Shown here: piece after piece, positions 61,198-64,000 of the stretch | Layout: each line of letters begins with the position of its first letter | Numbering within the stretch: position 1 is the first letter of the stretch | Source of the DNA: Gemmatimonadales bacterium | GTDB lineage: Bacteria; Gemmatimonadota; Gemmatimonadetes; Gemmatimonadales; GWC2-71-9 | DNA: 64,000 bases | Assembly: GCA_035518815.1 (NCBI GenBank) | Contig: DATIXG010000060.1 | Coordinates: forward strand, 64,881 to 128,880 | Reading direction: 5' to 3' | The notes under the pieces: model-generated | Seen by the model: only the letters and a program-made list of their open reading frames with translations | What the model was told of the DNA's origin: nothing | The model's database searches: none | Translations under genes and position numbers: made by a program

Positions 61198-61222
61198 CGG
61201 CCCGCCCCGAAGTGGGGCGGGC
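61198..61222 (+). terminator. GC hairpin (10-bp perfect stem)
   Basis: GGCCCGCCCC-gaagt-GGGGCGGGCC, 46 nt after the preceding stop codon. Confidence 0.5.
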
Positions 61223-61317
61223 CGTTGCGCGTCGGGCCCCGCATCGGAACGATGCAGAGCTCCTCGGGTACCGGTAACTGCATTTCATACCTGATGATCG
61301 CATCGAAGGAGGACTGT

Positions 61318-61920
61318 ATGCGCCCTAAGACAGCTTGCTTGGCCGTTGGGCTCATCGCGGTACTGGCAGCTCCCCTCTGCTCCCAGACGACCGGGATGCC
61401 GCCCTTCAATGCACCCTATCGCGCCTTTCAGCGCTCGGAGTTCGGTGGGATCGTGAGCTTCCCCGGCGGCGACGGCTTCAGCGTCGAGGGAGTGTATCGA
61501 TACGCCAGCGGCAACTTCGACGTCGGCTTCCGGGCCGGCATGCTCGACCCCGGAGCCGGGAACACGAGGCTCCTGCTCAGCGCCGAGGGCCGGTCGCGCA
61601 TCATCACGCACAACAGCGACTTTCCGCTTGACGGGGCGCTGGTGGCTGGTGTCGGCACGGCGCTGGCGAGTGGCAGCGGGGCGTTGTACACCCCTGTGGG
61701 CCTCTCGCTCGGGCGCCGGATCGCCATCAAGAATTCGAGCGTGACTGTCGTCCCCTACGTACAGCCGACGGCGTTCTACACGGTCGATGGCGAGTCCCAG
61801 CTGCTGTTCACGTTGGGGTTCGGCGCCGATGCCAGGCTGAGCCCCTCGCTCGACGCCCGGATCAGCGCAGGCGTTGGCGATGTACACGGCGTGTCCCTCG
61901 GTCTCGTCTGGGTGCACTAG
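61318..61920 (+). CDS. small outer membrane beta-barrel-like protein
   Basis: AAGGAGG precedes ATG 61318. It has the signal peptide MRPKTACLAVGLIAVLAAPLCSQ and ends ..LGLVWVH. Confidence 0.6.
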   Translation: MRPKTACLAVGLIAVLAAPLCSQTTGMPPFNAPYRAFQRSEFGGIVSFPGGDGFSVEGVYRYASGNFDVGFRAGMLDPGAGNTRLLLSAEGRSRIITHNSDFPLDGALVAGVGTALASGSGALYTPVGLSLGRRIAIKNSSVTVVPYVQPTAFYTVDGESQLLFTLGFGADARLSPSLDARISAGVGDVHGVSLGLVWVH

Positions 61921-62018
61921 CCCCGACCCCGGGCGCCGTGTGACCAAACGGGGCCCTGACGTATCATTAAGTGCGAGTACCGGCGACAGGCGAAGTCTCT
62001 CACGCGTGGAGGCAGTTC

Positions 62019-62687
62019 ATGAGGCGTGCAGTCGTCATCGTGGGGCTGGTGTTCTTGCCGGGCGCGACCCTCGCGGCCCAATGGACTGGTATGCCGGCGT
62101 GGAACGACCCGGCGGGAGGCACAGGGGTGGTGATCGCCGCCGACTGGGGCATGCCGAATGACGCGGCGGGGAACGGCGACGCATATGGCGCACGGGCCAG
62201 CCTCGGTCTCGGCTCCATGACACTGACCGCCGGCGGTGGCAGCTACAAGCCCAGCGGCTACACCGACGCGACGACGACCTGGGGAGGCCAGGTGGCATTC
62301 CGCCTGATCGGTGGCAGCCTCACCCCGATCGCGGTGAATCTCCAACTCGGGGCCGGGACCTCGTCGAGCATTACGTCGGGGACGGGCACGTACCCACAAA
62401 TCACGACGATCGTAGGGGCGGTGGGGATCGCCGTCCCGCTTCCCACGCCCGGTATCCATCTCGAGGGGTTCTTCTCCCCCGGCATGCGGCACCGCGAGCT
62501 GACCGAGCGGGGCGGCGGGCTTCCCGACTTCAGCGAGACCAAGTTCGGCTATACCGTGGGTGGCAACATCGGGTTCGGGCTGTTCGGTGTTCATGTTGCC
62601 TACGATCACCAAGACACCAGCTCGGGCAGCATTGGGACCTTTGGACTGGGAATGCATCTCGCGTTCCGCCCGTCCCTGGGCCTCTAA
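62019..62687 (+). CDS. small outer membrane beta-barrel-like protein
   Basis: GGAGG precedes ATG 62019. It has the signal peptide MRRAVVIVGLVFLPGATLAAQ and Gly-rich strands. Confidence 0.55.
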   Translation: MRRAVVIVGLVFLPGATLAAQWTGMPAWNDPAGGTGVVIAADWGMPNDAAGNGDAYGARASLGLGSMTLTAGGGSYKPSGYTDATTTWGGQVAFRLIGGSLTPIAVNLQLGAGTSSSITSGTGTYPQITTIVGAVGIAVPLPTPGIHLEGFFSPGMRHRELTERGGGLPDFSETKFGYTVGGNIGFGLFGVHVAYDHQDTSSGSIGTFGLGMHLAFRPSLGL

Positions 62688-62766
62688 GCAGGTTCACAAC
62701 CAGACTTTGAGCGACTACCTTTGGTGCGCGCTGTTTCCGGCGCACCCTATTGCTCCCAGGAGCCGT

Positions 62767-63129
62767 GTGAAGCGTTTCGCTGCACGCGCGATTATCGTCG
62801 CGCTGGCGCTGTCGACGAGCGGCTGTACCATGACGTTTGACGCGGCGCATCTTGGCGTCGTCGCGACCATGGCCGAGCCCCCTCAGGCGCCCCCGGGCGC
62901 GGCGTTCAAGGTCACCAAGCACCCGCTGTATCTGGGATGGGGTCTGTTCGAGATCGGCGAGACGAACCTGGACGATCTCCTGGCCGGACAGCTCGGCGCC
63001 GGCGGGTCGATCGCGGGCCTCAAGATCAAGGTACACACCACGGTATTGGGTGGGATTTTCACCTTCGTCACGCTGGGGCTCGTCGCCCCGCGCTCCGTGA
63101 CCTACGAGGGAGTAGTCGTTCCGAAATAG
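62767..63129 (+). CDS. Bor/Iss-like lipoprotein
   Basis: It has the lipobox LSTSGC. The C-terminal ..LGGIFTFVTLGLVAPRSVTYEG resembles the Bor family end (..GFITLGIYTP..). AGGAG precedes the GTG start. Confidence 0.55.
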   Translation: MKRFAARAIIVALALSTSGCTMTFDAAHLGVVATMAEPPQAPPGAAFKVTKHPLYLGWGLFEIGETNLDDLLAGQLGAGGSIAGLKIKVHTTVLGGIFTFVTLGLVAPRSVTYEGVVVPK

Positions 63130-63140
63130 CGACGGGTCTG

Positions 63141-64000
63141 CTACGACCCGATATCATGCACCAGTCCCTGCACGAGCGCCGTCGTCCGCTCGGCGGCGCC
63201 ACGTCCCTCTCCCACCATCCGCTCGCCAATGCCCCCCGCCCGCTTGCGGGCGCTCCGGTCGTGAAACCACGTGAGCCACTGCGCGTGCAGCGGTTGCCGG
63301 CCGTCCGCGGGCACGCTGACCGCTCCTCCCCGTTCTATCAGGATGCGCGCGTCCCGGCTCATCTCCCAATGCGGCCCGACGGTGACGGGGACGCCGAACA
63401 CGGCAGGCTCGAGCACGGAGTGTAACCCGGCGCGATGGAAGCCCCCGCCGACGAACGCGACATCGCCCAGGGCATAGAGGTCGGCGAGGATGCCGACTCG
63501 GTCGACGACCACCACGGATGACGGCTCAGCGTGCTCGAGCTGTGAGATGCGCACGGGCCGCGACAGGCCAAGTGTCTGGGCGCGCTGGGCGATCCCCGCA
63601 AGGTGATCCGGCGTGGGCTCGTGGGGGGCGAGGATGAGGCGCGCGCCCGGCACCTGCGCTCCCAGGTCGGCGAACGCCTCCAACACCACGGTCTCGTCCG
63701 CCGGCCAGGTGGAGCCGGCCACGATGGTGAAGGCGGGGCGCGCCGCGGCGAGCCGAGCGAAGGGCTCGCGCGTGCGATCGAAACGCTCGGCCCGCTCAGC
63801 CACGCTGTCGTACCGGGTATCCCCCGTGACCTCGATGGCCTCCCGTCGGGCGCCCAGCTGCTCGAGGCGCTGCGCGTCGTCCTCGCTGATCGCGCCGATC
63901 CGCTCGAGCGCGCCGTACGCGCCCGCCGCCCAGCCGCGCGTAGGCCACCGCAAGCGGGAGCTCGTCGGCGCGACGGTCGCGGAGATGAGGGCGAGCTTGA
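63141..64000 (-). CDS. waaA: 3-deoxy-D-manno-octulosonic acid (Kdo) transferase, C-terminal part (5' end outside the window)
   Basis: ..GDTRYDS..GSTWP.DE..FVGGGFHRAGLHSVLEPAVFGVPVTVGPH is the KdtA pattern. The frame stays open to position 64000. Confidence 0.8.
   Translation of the reverse strand, partial: KLALISATVAPTSSRLRWPTRGWAAGAYGALERIGAISEDDAQRLEQLGARREAIEVTGDTRYDSVAERAERFDRTREPFARLAAARPAFTIVAGSTWPADETVVLEAFADLGAQVPGARLILAPHEPTPDHLAGIAQRAQTLGLSRPVRISQLEHAEPSSVVVVDRVGILADLYALGDVAFVGGGFHRAGLHSVLEPAVFGVPVTVGPHWEMSRDARILIERGGAVSVPADGRQPLHAQWLTWFHDRSARKRAGGIGERMVGEGRGAAERTTALVQGLVHDIGS

Overview
This is a visibly GC-rich bacterial chromosomal segment, roughly two-thirds G+C by eye (not computed). 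It is densely coded on both strands. Many neighbouring genes overlap by 4 nt (ATGA/GTGA), so much of it is probably translationally coupled operons. I call about 70 CDS, seven tRNAs in one minus-strand cluster, and no rRNA, CRISPR array, transposase or integrase.

Content from left to right:
- 1-9546: a surface-glycan island with several GT2/GT4/GT11 glycosyltransferases, a CE4 deacetylase, a methyltransferase and a GDP-mannose-3,5-epimerase-like enzyme.
- 9547-10611: a patatin lipase fused to a ferredoxin domain.
- 12660-20540: tyrS, PBP1A, an amidohydrolase and argR-argG-argH.
- 20583-21586: an HNH protein plus a Cys-rich protein.
- 21583-26613: sensor kinase, sigma54-type activator, Omp85-like barrel and DUF4390.
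- 26695-31139: yjbQ, an NYN/LOTUS/RGG protein, a 3-methyladenine glycosylase and an outer-membrane protein.
- 31359-41871: kbl-tdh, aroH-rlmI-CDF-hypothetical, thiE, mltG-ruvX-rho and a site-2 protease.
- 42008-47482: a putative six-gene envelope-signalling operon (small protein, free-standing HisKA domain, Big2/PPC lipoprotein, Zn-ribbon/PEGA Ser/Thr kinase, membrane protein, outer-membrane barrel).
- 47505-56230: a class III aminotransferase, a MASE1-GGDEF cyclase, the tRNA cluster, a compact sigma-70 factor, mlaEFD, a Nudix hydrolase and an AraC-type regulator.
- 56310-64000: atpAGDC, three small outer-membrane barrels plus a Bor-like lipoprotein, and partial waaA.

The compact FCB-type sigma factor, the short ATP synthase epsilon subunit and the PEGA kinase suggest a Gemmatimonadota-like (FCB-related) organism. 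That assignment is inference only.

The most interesting non-standard signals are:
1. A recurring architecture of long hairpins whose arms are tandem 7-8 nt units. One lies inside the mltG 5' coding region, and one sits between tRNA genes.
2. A related decamer tandem-repeat family that is translated in-frame in two genes.
3. Two perfect TGTGA-N6-TCACA palindromes, upstream of the sigma factor gene and of atpA.
4. A sigma54-type promoter linking the NtrC-like regulator to the Omp85/DUF4390 pair.
5. The kinase-centred envelope operon.

All functional calls come from reading the translated ORFs. No database search was run.
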